Below are positions 1-10,579 of a DNA stretch of 64,000 nucleotides, piece after piece; within the stretch, counting starts at the first letter, position 1, and each line of letters starts with the position of its first letter. This stretch comes from an uncultured bacterium (GTDB taxonomy: Bacteria; Omnitrophota; Omnitrophia; Omnitrophales; Abzuiibacteriaceae), in NCBI GenBank assembly GCA_964387845.1, contig CAYLXA010000002.1, positions 1-64,000 of the forward strand, in the 5' to 3' direction. Both the position numbers and the translations under genes were made by a program. Under the pieces are notes generated by a model, which saw only the letters and a program-made list of their open reading frames with translations, was not told where the DNA came from and ran no database searches.

Positions 1-1260
1 CAAGGCTCTCCAAAGCCGGTGTCAATTGGGATGACCTCAATAAACTCAGCAAAGCGGGTGTTAATTGGGATGATTTGAATAAACTCTCTAAGGCCGGGGT
101 CAATTGGCAGGGCATCGAAGCCCTCTCCAAAGGCGGGGTCAATTGGACGGATGTGGGTGTCCTCAGTAAGGCCGGTATCAATTGGGATGATTTAAACAGG
201 CTCTCTAAAACAGGCGTCAATTGGGATGATTTAAAATCCTTATCCCGCGCAGGCGTCAATTGGGACGACCTCAGGTCACTCTCTAAGGCCGGGGTCAATT
301 GGCAGGGCATTGAGACTTTATCAAAAGCCGGTATTAATTGGGAGGGTATTCGAGAGCTTGGTTCGGCCGGGGTCAATTGGGATGATTTAGAGGCGCTTTC
401 AACCGCTGGCGTTAATTGGAGCAGTCTTCAGGCGTTGAGCCTTGCAGGGGTCAATTGGGAAGGGATTGAAACTTTATCAAAGTCCGGGGTCAATTGGGAT
501 GATTTCTCGCAGCTTTCAAAAGCAGGCGTCAATTGGGATGATTTGAAGCTGCTTAGCAGAACCGGAGTCAACTGGGATGATTTGCGCTCACTCTCGAAGT
601 CGGGTGTCAATTGGAGCGATTTAAGTTCGTTTTCTAAAGCAGGGGTCAATTGGGACGATTTAAAATCCCTTTCACGAACCGGAGTTAATTGGAATGATCT
701 CAGCCGGCTATCAGCGTCTGGCGTCAATTGGGATGATTTACGAGGACTGTCGCGCGCCGGTATCAATTGGGACGACTTAAGCACTTTTTCAAAAACCGGG
801 GTTAATTGGGACGATATTCAGTCGCTTTCTAAATCAGGCATTAACTGGAATGATATCAACCGGCTTTCTCAGACAGGTATTAATTGGAGCGGTTTGCAAG
901 CATTGAGTAAGGCGGGCGTTAATTGGGCCGGGATTGACGCCTTGTCCAAGGCTGGTGTCAATTGGGATGATATTAAATCGCTTAGCCAAGCAGGTATTAA
1001 TTGGCTGGATATCTATAATTTGAGCACTTCCGGTATTAATTGGTCCGGTATTTTAACGATGAGCAAAGCAGGTGTTAACTGGACCGATGTGGGCAGCATG
1101 AGTAAGTCCAATGTCAACTGGACGGATCTTGCTCGCATGACGGGCTCTGGTATGAATTGGACTGATTTGAGTGGAAAAACTCAAGCGGGCATTAACTGGA
1201 CCAATATTTTCTCACTGTCGACTTCCGGCGTTAACTGGGCAGAGGTAGCGCAGTTAGGAA
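1..1260 (+). repeat. About 32 tandem copies of a 39-nt (13-aa) in-frame repeat, consensus L-S-K-A-G-V-N-W-D-D-L-K-S.
   Basis: Direct reading: gtcaattgg recurs every 39 nt from position 1 to about 1260. The translated motif GVNW(D/Q/S)(D/G)(L/I)xxLSKA repeats. Confidence 0.9.
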
Positions 1261-2093
1261 GCCGAACGACCAGTATTTTAAATACAACCAATACTATCAA
1301 TACTTTGGTAGGAACAGCAGCCGACAGCACTACCACTAATACGTTGTTTGGACGGCTTAATTTAATCGATGATACGGTCAGCGGATTGGATGTCGATGCG
1401 CTTTCCGAATTGTTGGAAGGTTTGGATACAGAATCTATTGAAGCATTGAAAAATAATGTGGACTCAATCGCAGAGTTGGTTGGAGATTCAAGCGATACCA
1501 GCGCAGAGACACTCTTTGGATCTATCAATGCGGTCAGAAGCGTTGCCGATACGACCGGTATTGAAGAGCTCCTTGGAACGATTACGGACACGAAAGCATC
1601 ATCAACTGTTTTAGGAAAGATTGCAGATGTCCGGGAGACCTTAGATTCGATTGACGGCGTAACAGCCGATCTTAAAACAAAGTTAAAGGATTTGAGTGAT
1701 TCTGTGGGAACTCCGGGCGTTAAGGCCAGCGGATCGGTCCGTGATCAGGTGCAAACTGTCAAAGATAACATTCAAGAAATTCGCTTATACCTAGACAAAA
1801 TTTCAGATCAAGGGAAAGAAAATCTAGAAGTAGCGAAAGAAACGATCAATAGCATGATCGAGAAGTTCAATAAAACCGCGGAAGAATTGGGTTTTGTGGG
1901 TGTTAAATTAGACGAGCTTGGCCAAGGCCAAGAGGCGTTGGGTAACCAGGTTTTTGAAGATAAGCTCGAGGAAATTAAAACCTACGTTGTTGCGCTGCTG
2001 CAGGCCTTAAAACCGACATCGATCGACACCGGCGAAGAGGGCGCGGAGGCTCAAATCCAGCCGGTTGTAGTCGCATCGTTGTCGCAAGAGTAA
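1..2093 (+). CDS. 5'-partial repeat protein (13-aa GVNWDDL tandem repeats plus a helical/coiled-coil C-terminal domain). The frame is open to the window start, so the true start is upstream.
   Basis: The reading frame is open from nt 3. The repeats continue to the window edge. The ORF-track start at 75 is only an internal TTG. The C-terminal 270 aa are non-repetitive, acidic and helical. Confidence 0.8.
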   Translation, partial: RLSKAGVNWDDLNKLSKAGVNWDDLNKLSKAGVNWQGIEALSKGGVNWTDVGVLSKAGINWDDLNRLSKTGVNWDDLKSLSRAGVNWDDLRSLSKAGVNWQGIETLSKAGINWEGIRELGSAGVNWDDLEALSTAGVNWSSLQALSLAGVNWEGIETLSKSGVNWDDFSQLSKAGVNWDDLKLLSRTGVNWDDLRSLSKSGVNWSDLSSFSKAGVNWDDLKSLSRTGVNWNDLSRLSASGVNWDDLRGLSRAGINWDDLSTFSKTGVNWDDIQSLSKSGINWNDINRLSQTGINWSGLQALSKAGVNWAGIDALSKAGVNWDDIKSLSQAGINWLDIYNLSTSGINWSGILTMSKAGVNWTDVGSMSKSNVNWTDLARMTGSGMNWTDLSGKTQAGINWTNIFSLSTSGVNWAEVAQLGSRTTSILNTTNTINTLVGTAADSTTTNTLFGRLNLIDDTVSGLDVDALSELLEGLDTESIEALKNNVDSIAELVGDSSDTSAETLFGSINAVRSVADTTGIEELLGTITDTKASSTVLGKIADVRETLDSIDGVTADLKTKLKDLSDSVGTPGVKASGSVRDQVQTVKDNIQEIRLYLDKISDQGKENLEVAKETINSMIEKFNKTAEELGFVGVKLDELGQGQEALGNQVFEDKLEEIKTYVVALLQALKPTSIDTGEEGAEAQIQPVVVASLSQE

Positions 2094-2168
2094 TTTTGAC
2101 TTTAGACAGATAAAAAGTATCAGTTTTTTATCAGGTTAAGCCGTTAATATAAAGAGTTTTTAACTGTT

Positions 2169-3593
2169 ATGGTTACTTATCCTGGGAAAAGTATGATGCA
2201 TCATCTGGCCCATATCTTTATCAGAGCCGTTCTTTTGTGCAGTCTAGCGCACTGTTTTTTTGTCTCGAGAGCGCACGCAGAAGGCGAAGTTAAGATAAAA
2301 ATTTTAGCCATGAATCCGTCGCCGTCTCAAAAAATAGAATCCCTAGTCCGTCAAAACCTGCCGCCCGAAATCAAGCCGGAGGACGTTGTCGATAACGCCG
2401 GAATGGAAATCAAATTCAATACCGACGAGGGTGTTTATTATGTTTCAAAACAAGTAAACCTTGAACCGAAAGAAGCGGTAACGATCGAGGTTCTTGTCCG
2501 GAATGTCTGGCTTGTTCCTGAGGAACGATTGACAAGATTGAGGGACACCGTTTCAACAACCACCAAATCTCTCGCAAAGACAAAATACGAAAAAACAGCT
2601 CAGCTGCTACAGGACAAGGTTTCCGAGCGGATCGGAACAATTGAGGAGGAGCAGGGGCGCAATATCGGAATCGGTAAACGCATCGAGCTTTACCGCTCTC
2701 ACTTGAAGCAGCTGGATGGCATTGAAAAAGAAGTTCTGTCTATCAGCGCGCTCCGCGAACTTGAGGGTGAGCAAGCGGAGGGTGTTCGAACCGCCAAGCT
2801 TGTCATTTCAGCAGAGAACCCTTCCGATGAGCCGCGCAAAATGACCGTGCGCTCTGATTTGCCAAAAGAAATTACCGCGAACGATGTACTGGACAGGCTT
2901 GATTTCCTGCTTTTGTATGATGAAACGAAGCAAAGGTTTTCAGTCGAGAAGGAAGATCAATTTGAAGCTCGAGAAACGAAGAAATATGAAATCACGCTCC
3001 GGGATGTTTGGTATATTCCCAGGATCGAATTGGAACGCTATAAGGAACAAACCGACAAGCTGGTCGCTCTTTTAAAAGGCAGTGCCTATGAAAATTATGT
3101 AACACAACAAGCCAAAATCATTGACGATACGCTGGTATCGATTGACCAATTGCAAATTGAGGTGCAATCGGCCGAATCTATTCAGGATAGAATCGAAGCA
3201 TTTGCACTCAACAGTGAACGTTTGGGGCTTATTAATAAGAAGGTCAAAGAATTACAGGATTTGCTTTTGGAAGTGCCTATCAAACGGCAAGTCAGTGAAA
3301 TTGAAAAAATTAAGCAAGCTATTAAATCACTGACAAAAGTCATGGATATTATCCGAATGGGTTTTAAGCCAGATTTGTCCACAACGTGGTGGATCATTCT
3401 TGGCATCATTGCGTTCTTGATCGTTCTGTCTACTACGTTTTATGTAACATGGCTGTCGCGCTTAAAGGATGCAAAAGGCGGAGCGAAGGGAGTTAAGAAA
3501 GATAAAAAGGGGACTGCGGCAAAAACACCGGCCGGTCAAGCGCAGAGTACTGCCGCAGCTACTCAACCGGCCGCGGAAGGAAAGCCGGCATGA
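2169..3593 (+). CDS. Exported or membrane-anchored protein. It has an N-terminal signal or anchor, two internal ~90-aa domain repeats, a coiled coil, one C-terminal TM helix and a Lys/Ala-rich tail.
   Basis: N-terminal hydrophobic segment. Paired motifs VRNVWLVPEERL and LRDVWYIPRIEL. TM segment WWIILGIIAFLIVLSTTFYVTWL. The stop overlaps the atpA start (ATGA). Confidence 0.6.
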   Translation: MVTYPGKSMMHHLAHIFIRAVLLCSLAHCFFVSRAHAEGEVKIKILAMNPSPSQKIESLVRQNLPPEIKPEDVVDNAGMEIKFNTDEGVYYVSKQVNLEPKEAVTIEVLVRNVWLVPEERLTRLRDTVSTTTKSLAKTKYEKTAQLLQDKVSERIGTIEEEQGRNIGIGKRIELYRSHLKQLDGIEKEVLSISALRELEGEQAEGVRTAKLVISAENPSDEPRKMTVRSDLPKEITANDVLDRLDFLLLYDETKQRFSVEKEDQFEARETKKYEITLRDVWYIPRIELERYKEQTDKLVALLKGSAYENYVTQQAKIIDDTLVSIDQLQIEVQSAESIQDRIEAFALNSERLGLINKKVKELQDLLLEVPIKRQVSEIEKIKQAIKSLTKVMDIIRMGFKPDLSTTWWIILGIIAFLIVLSTTFYVTWLSRLKDAKGGAKGVKKDKKGTAAKTPAGQAQSTAAATQPAAEGKPA

Positions 3594-5080
3594 GCCAGTT
3601 AAGTTATAAAGAGAATGGGATTGTGAAAGCGCTTAGCGGATGTATTGCCAGCGTCATCAATCTGCAGAATTGCTTTCTAGGGCAATTGGTCAAATTTGGA
3701 TACGGCACAGAAGGAATTATCATGGGTTTTGATACACAATCAGCCCAAGTGCTGATTGTAAAAGAAAATGAGCCAATTACTCCCGGAAACGTAGTGGAGG
3801 CCACGCTAGAGCCCTTTAATATGCCAGTCGGCGACGGATATATAGGAAGGATCGTCAATCCTTTGGGTGAACTTCAGGACGGCCGAGAGGCAGTGAAGCC
3901 GGATAAATATATCCCGTATTTTAACGATGCTCCCGGAATTATGGACCGGGAAGGTTTGAGCGAAACGCTTGAAACCGGTATTAAACTTGTCGACAGCATG
4001 CTGCCGCTGGGCAAAGGCCAGCGGTCATTGATTTTAGGCGATAAAATGACCGGAAAAACGACCGTGCTGACGGACATTATGGTCAACCAAAAGGGCAAGG
4101 ATGTGATTTGTATTTACTGCGCAATCGGCAAACCGCGCTCATCCATGGCCCGCGTTGTTGATCTCTTTAAGGAAAAGGGCTGTTTTGATTACACAATCAT
4201 TCTAACTGCGCCCGCATCCAGCTCCCCGGGGCAGCAGTACCTAGCGCCTTATGCGGCGTGTTCGATCGGTGAGTATTTTATGCACAAAGGAAAACATGTT
4301 TTTGTCGGATTTGACGATTTTACAAAGCATGCATGGGCTTATCGCGAACTGTCTCTGCTGATGCAGGTGCCGCCAGGGCGCGATTCTTACCCGGGAGATA
4401 TTTTTTATTTGCACTCCCGCATGATCGAGCGGGCGGCCAAATTAAACAAACAACTGGGCGGCGGGTCCATGACGTTCATTCCCGTGGTCGAGCTTTTGGA
4501 GGGCGATTTGACAGCTTATGTTCCCACCAACCTGGTTTCAATGACAGACGGACAGATCTTTTTGAGCATGCCGCTTTTTAATGAAGGTTTCCGGCCTGCC
4601 GTCGACGTTGGTTTGTCCGTATCGCGCGTCGGCAGCCGCGTCCAATGGAAATCAACAAAAGCGGTGTCTAAGTCACTTCGTTTGGAGTTCATTCAATATA
4701 AAGAATTGCTCCGCATTAGCAAACTGCAAACAGGCGGACAATCGGACGAGGTTCGGGAAAAGCTTTCTCAAGGAAAAGTTTTACAAGCATTGCTAACCCA
4801 ACCAGCGAACAATCCCGTTCCGCTGGAAGTGCAAATCATGTGCTTCTTTGCAAAAGGGGAGAATTTGCTTAAGGATCTCGAAAAAGATCAAATCAACGAA
4901 CTGCAAACGGGGCTCTGGGATTACTCGAACAGCAATGATTCGGGCCTGATTAAATTAATTCGGGAGAAAAAGGATCTGACGGACGAAATTAAAACCCGTA
5001 TCCGAAATGTGATTAATGCCTATGTGAAGGAAATCAAGGCGCGGACGGTTGTGCCGGTTGATGAAGTCGAGGTTGGCTAG
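3590..5080 (+). CDS. atpA: F-type ATPase alpha subunit (divergent)
   Basis: Walker A GDKMTGKTT. Alpha signature PGRDSYPGDIFYLHSRMIERAAKL. Also TAYVPTNLVSMTDGQIF and VGLSVSRVGS. Confidence 0.85.
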   Translation: MSQLSYKENGIVKALSGCIASVINLQNCFLGQLVKFGYGTEGIIMGFDTQSAQVLIVKENEPITPGNVVEATLEPFNMPVGDGYIGRIVNPLGELQDGREAVKPDKYIPYFNDAPGIMDREGLSETLETGIKLVDSMLPLGKGQRSLILGDKMTGKTTVLTDIMVNQKGKDVICIYCAIGKPRSSMARVVDLFKEKGCFDYTIILTAPASSSPGQQYLAPYAACSIGEYFMHKGKHVFVGFDDFTKHAWAYRELSLLMQVPPGRDSYPGDIFYLHSRMIERAAKLNKQLGGGSMTFIPVVELLEGDLTAYVPTNLVSMTDGQIFLSMPLFNEGFRPAVDVGLSVSRVGSRVQWKSTKAVSKSLRLEFIQYKELLRISKLQTGGQSDEVREKLSQGKVLQALLTQPANNPVPLEVQIMCFFAKGENLLKDLEKDQINELQTGLWDYSNSNDSGLIKLIREKKDLTDEIKTRIRNVINAYVKEIKARTVVPVDEVEVG

Positions 5081-5092
5081 CGAGAGAGTGTT

Positions 5093-5314
5093 ATGCAGCA
5101 GACAATTATTTTAATCGGAATTATGGTGATCGCTGTGTTGGGTCCGGCCATCGTTATTGCAGTTGTTGGATTTGCGACCATTAAAGCGCTTGGCAGGAAC
5201 CCATCAGCTGCACCGAAGATATTTTTGGGAGTTATTTTAATGCTGGTTTTTGCCGAAGCCACATCAATCATTGCGCTTTTGGTCGTGTTTCAATTGTTTA
5301 GCGGCGGCCAATAG
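5093..5314 (+). CDS. atpE: F-type ATPase c subunit (proteolipid)
   Basis: 73-aa two-helix hairpin. Polar loop ALGRNP. Conserved carboxylate in the second helix (FAEATSI). Confidence 0.75.
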   Translation: MQQTIILIGIMVIAVLGPAIVIAVVGFATIKALGRNPSAAPKIFLGVILMLVFAEATSIIALLVVFQLFSGGQ

Positions 5315-5331
5315 AACTCTAAGGAGAGGGT

Positions 5332-6069
5332 ATGTTTATTATTCAATTTATATTACTTCAAGTAATTGTTTTCTCCGGCGTCATTTTTTTCTTAAAAAAA
5401 ATACTCTACGGTGATACGCAAAGCGCCATCAACCGCCTCAACCGAGAATACCAAGATTTGTTGAACAAACAGAAACAGCTTGCTCAGAAAGTTGAGGAGG
5501 CGGAAAAAGAGCTTGTTCTAAAAAAGGAAGAAGCGGTTCAGGTTAAAAATAAGATGACCACGCAGGCAATGGACGAAATTCGCCAACAAAAGGACGAAAC
5601 GGTCATGAAAGCCAAGCAGGAGGCTGAAGAGATTGTTGCAAAGGCAAAAGCAGCTGCGGACAAAAATTATCGGGAGATCGAGAAGCAAGTGAGGGCAAAG
5701 TTGACAGAAAACGCCGCAGACCTCCTGAGGCAATCGATTAGTGAGCGGATCATTAAAGCGACTCACACCGAATTAATTGCCGAATTTTTAGAAAGAGCAA
5801 AAAGCTTTGATCTGACCAATGTTGACCCAAGCATTCAGAAGTTAATGGTGAAAACAGCTCTTCCGCTTACAGCATCGGAAAAAGAAAAAATTAAAATGTT
5901 TGTGAATGAGCGATTGGGCCGGACGCTTGAGCTGGAAGAGGTTGAAGATAAAACACTTATTTCAGGCGTTGTGCTGATGTTTGGAACGCTGTTGATGGAC
6001 GGCAGTATGGTTAATTATATTAAGGAAGCAGAGCTGAAAATTAAACAAACCATCGAAAAGGAAACCTAA
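5332..6069 (+). CDS. ATPase b subunit fused to a delta (OSCP) C-terminal domain
   Basis: N-terminal TM helix plus long charged coiled coil (b-like). C-terminus LGRTLELEEVEDKTLISGVVLMFGTLLMDGSMVNYI resembles the delta-subunit C-terminal domain. Confidence 0.65.
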   Translation: MFIIQFILLQVIVFSGVIFFLKKILYGDTQSAINRLNREYQDLLNKQKQLAQKVEEAEKELVLKKEEAVQVKNKMTTQAMDEIRQQKDETVMKAKQEAEEIVAKAKAAADKNYREIEKQVRAKLTENAADLLRQSISERIIKATHTELIAEFLERAKSFDLTNVDPSIQKLMVKTALPLTASEKEKIKMFVNERLGRTLELEEVEDKTLISGVVLMFGTLLMDGSMVNYIKEAELKIKQTIEKET

Positions 6070-6075
6070 TCCGGC

Positions 6076-6975
6076 ATGGGTAAGGTAGCTCAGATCAAGG
6101 GCGATTTGGATGACGTCGAGGCGCTTCTTGAAATTATTACCATTTTAAAAGACGTTTCCACAAACCGGTTCTTTGCTTTTGCCCAGCAGAAAGACGATTT
6201 GAGCAAATTTCTGGAAATCTTTCTTATTTTCTTTGACATGGTTGCCGGCATTGAAACAACATGCCCGTTGGTACGGAATGAAAATCCGGCAACCGATATC
6301 GTGCTCATCACATCGGAGTCCAGTTTCATGTCACAAATGAATACCAGGGCCTGTAGTGCGGCGCTTGTAGAATTTCAAAAAAATCCAAGCGCAAGAATTG
6401 TTTGTGTGGGGCGCCGGGGTATCGACCGCTGCAAGCAGCTTGGAATGAAGGTGGATAAGTCTTATGAGAACGTGGATTTGGTCGGCCGTTATGAAACTTC
6501 GCTGATGATCCGGGATTATCTCATTGACCGCATCATGACCGGTACGACAGGAAAAGTGATGTGTATTTATATTTGGCCGAAAAGTTTCAGCGTTTTGAAA
6601 CCGCGCGTTGTGCGCTTGCTGCCCGCCACCGAGCTATTGAGCGATCAGGAAGAACAGGCGGCTGGAGAAGGGGAGCAAAAAGATGATAAACCAGTTCAGC
6701 AGGTGAGGGATGTGATTCAGGAGTCGGGAATTGACGGGATCATGAAAGTACTTGCCGACATCTGGGTTTCTTCGCGTCTTTTTGAAATTCTTTCGGATAC
6801 AAAATTGGCTGAAGCAGCTGCGCAATCGCAGCAGTTAGAATCGGCCATGGAAGGTCTTTCAAAAGAAAAGTCAGGATTGATGCTTGGTTTTAAAAAAGCG
6901 GTGCGCGGCGATTTGAATGCTGCGATGCGCGAAGTGTTTACGTCACAAAAAGCCATCAAATCAAGACGGGGATAA
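6076..6975 (+). CDS. atpG: F-type ATPase gamma subunit
   Basis: The C-terminal helix motif AEAAAQSQQLESAMEGLSKEKSGLMLGFKKAVRGDLNAAMREVFTSQ matches the gamma C-terminus. The central ITSE..FMSQMN region is also gamma-like. Confidence 0.7.
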   Translation: MGKVAQIKGDLDDVEALLEIITILKDVSTNRFFAFAQQKDDLSKFLEIFLIFFDMVAGIETTCPLVRNENPATDIVLITSESSFMSQMNTRACSAALVEFQKNPSARIVCVGRRGIDRCKQLGMKVDKSYENVDLVGRYETSLMIRDYLIDRIMTGTTGKVMCIYIWPKSFSVLKPRVVRLLPATELLSDQEEQAAGEGEQKDDKPVQQVRDVIQESGIDGIMKVLADIWVSSRLFEILSDTKLAEAAAQSQQLESAMEGLSKEKSGLMLGFKKAVRGDLNAAMREVFTSQKAIKSRRG

Positions 6976-6979
6976 ATAA

Positions 6980-8386
<1,407 letters not shown>

Positions 8387-8392
8387 GGATAC

Positions 8393-10579
8393 GTGGTGAT
8401 AATTAGTCCTGCAGAAAAAACATCATTTGATGCGCTGGTTAGTTCGGGCATCCTTCAGAAAGACGATCTAGAGAAGGTTGTCAAAGCCGCTGCGCACGAA
8501 AAGCTCTCGCTGTCTGAATTTGTCGTACGCTCCGGCCGGATCAAAGATGCCGAGCTTCCGAATGTTTATGCAAAGTACTTCAAGGTTCCTGCCATTCAAC
8601 TTAAATCGATCGAAACTGACCGTGCCGTTATCGAAAAGGTTCCCGTTAAGTTCTCCAATTATTATAAATTTTTCCCCGTTAAACTGCACAATCACAGGCT
8701 GACAATCGCCATTTCACAACCGATGGATGTCGGTACGCTGGATGAAATCCGGTTAGGGCTTGGGTTTGACATTGATTTCGTTTTCGCTTCAGGGCGTGAT
8801 ATCGAAGAAATGAGCAAGCGTTATTATGGATTAGGTGCCGAGACAGTTGACCGCATCATGATGCAAAAAAGCGGACAAGATTTACCCGCTTCCGCGCACA
8901 TGAGTGCCGCCGTTCAGGTTGAGGACATAGAAAAACTTGCAGAGACCGCATCAGTTGTGCAGCTCGTGAATCAAATTTTCCTGGATGCTTACCGAAAAGG
9001 CGCCAGCGATATTCATATCGAGCCTTACCGAGGCCGTGTTCGGCTGCGGTATAGGATTGACGGTGTTCTGCAGGAAGCGCGTGTGCCGCCCGATTTGATG
9101 CGGTTTTTTATGCCGATTTTGTCACGCATTAAAATCATGGCAAATCTTAATATCGTGGAACGCCGGTTGCCGCAAGATGGCAAGGCGCGCGTCAAGACAC
9201 AGGATCAAACCTTAGATTTACGGATTTCATCGATCCCCACACCGCTTGGCGAGAGCATGGTGGTCCGGATCCTTCCCAGTAAAATGATTCTGAGCTTGGA
9301 AGAACTTGGTTTTGAGGCGGATCATTTGAAGATATTTAAGGACCTGCTCAAGCGGCCCCATGGCGTGATTTTCCTGACAGGCCCGACCGGCAGCGGTAAA
9401 AGCACGACCTTATACTCTGGGTTCAGCTCAATGGATACGATGGTGAAGAAAGTTGTAACCATCGAAGACCCGATTGAGTATGAAATCGACGGAATCACAC
9501 AAGTGCAGGTTATGCCCGAGATCGGCCTCACATTTGCACGCGGTCTCCGGAGCATGCTTCGGCACGATCCGGACGTGATGATGGTCGGCGAAGTCCGGGA
9601 TTTGGAAACGGCCGATATTGCCATTCGGGCGGCTTTGACGGGGCATTTGATTTTATCGACATTGCACACCAACGACGCCGCGAGCGGAATTACGCGCCTG
9701 ATCGACATCGGAGCGCAGCCTTATCTGGTCGCTTCGAGCGTTATCGCTTTTATCGCGCAGCGGCTGGTTAGGGTGATTTGCCCCAACTGCAAGCAAGAGA
9801 ACAAATCTCTTTCGGAAGCAACCCTCAATCTCATCAAATCCGACCTAAATTTGACAGCGGACGATTCAGTTAAAACTTATATCGGAACCGGTTGTGATGA
9901 GTGTAATCAAACAGGATTTCGCGGGCGTGTCGCTGTGCACGAGATCATTCTGATCAATGAAGAAATCCGAAAATTGATCTACACAAAAGCATCGTCAGAG
10001 GAAATTAAGTTGAGGGCTCGCAGCCTCGGCATGAGGACGCTCAGGCAGGATGGATGGAAAAAGGTCTTGAGAGGCATTACGACTGCCAACGAAGTGATGG
10101 AAATTACGCCGGCCGATGAGATTGAAAACAGGGAATTGAAAGAGATGTTTCAAGAGGTTACGATTGCCCAGTCTCCGATCAAGCAGACCGATGAGTTTGT
10201 GGAGCGCAGGCGCTATCCCCGAGCGGTTGTTAAGTTTCCTTTGTCATTCCGCGTCATTGGCCAAGGATCTCCCGCTTCCAAAAGTGCATCGAGCACCGAA
10301 GAATGGGTGGAAGCCGAATCGGAGGATCTGAGTGCCAGCGGACTCATTTTTTCTAGCGCTCAAATCGCACAAATCGGCCAATTGCTCGAGTTTAAGCTAG
10401 AACTCCCCGATCGAAGTCAACCGGTCCAATGCATCGGACGCGTGCTCAGGGTTGAAGAGAGCGATCAAAATATATCCCGAAAGACAGTGGTGTCCTACCG
10501 TGTTTCAGTAACTTTTTTGTCGATTAATAGTGTCGACCGATCAAGAATTGAAGCTTTTTGCCAGGGCCGCGTGTCATGA
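8393..10579 (+). CDS. gspE: GspE/PilB-family secretion/pilus ATPase with a C-terminal PilZ domain
   Basis: Walker A GPTGSGKST. His box. Tetracysteine CPNC..CDEC. C-terminal extension with RRRYPR and DLSASG PilZ motifs. Confidence 0.85.
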   Translation: MVIISPAEKTSFDALVSSGILQKDDLEKVVKAAAHEKLSLSEFVVRSGRIKDAELPNVYAKYFKVPAIQLKSIETDRAVIEKVPVKFSNYYKFFPVKLHNHRLTIAISQPMDVGTLDEIRLGLGFDIDFVFASGRDIEEMSKRYYGLGAETVDRIMMQKSGQDLPASAHMSAAVQVEDIEKLAETASVVQLVNQIFLDAYRKGASDIHIEPYRGRVRLRYRIDGVLQEARVPPDLMRFFMPILSRIKIMANLNIVERRLPQDGKARVKTQDQTLDLRISSIPTPLGESMVVRILPSKMILSLEELGFEADHLKIFKDLLKRPHGVIFLTGPTGSGKSTTLYSGFSSMDTMVKKVVTIEDPIEYEIDGITQVQVMPEIGLTFARGLRSMLRHDPDVMMVGEVRDLETADIAIRAALTGHLILSTLHTNDAASGITRLIDIGAQPYLVASSVIAFIAQRLVRVICPNCKQENKSLSEATLNLIKSDLNLTADDSVKTYIGTGCDECNQTGFRGRVAVHEIILINEEIRKLIYTKASSEEIKLRARSLGMRTLRQDGWKKVLRGITTANEVMEITPADEIENRELKEMFQEVTIAQSPIKQTDEFVERRRYPRAVVKFPLSFRVIGQGSPASKSASSTEEWVEAESEDLSASGLIFSSAQIAQIGQLLEFKLELPDRSQPVQCIGRVLRVEESDQNISRKTVVSYRVSVTFLSINSVDRSRIEAFCQGRVS

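Noticed and set aside
1-1260. Could the 39-nt tandem repeats be a CRISPR array or a satellite?
   Set aside because: The units are contiguous with no spacers. They are in frame with a continuous ORF and encode a conserved peptide motif. This is coding repeat expansion, not CRISPR.
428-1591. Antisense ORFs 428..784 and 1181..1591 on the minus strand inside the repeat gene
   Set aside because: They are open only because the 39-nt repeat has low stop-codon content in several frames. Their proteins are themselves periodic, with LTP repeating. There is no independent start context.
2169-3593. The gene upstream of atpA as the missing Fo a subunit
   Set aside because: It has only one N-terminal and one C-terminal hydrophobic segment and a long coiled-coil soluble region. 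An a subunit has a 5-6 helix bundle with a conserved Arg, and none is present.
5077-5271. Minus-strand ORF antisense to atpE
   Set aside because: It overlaps the c-subunit gene almost completely. Its hydrophobic low-complexity translation is typical of antisense frames of membrane-protein genes.
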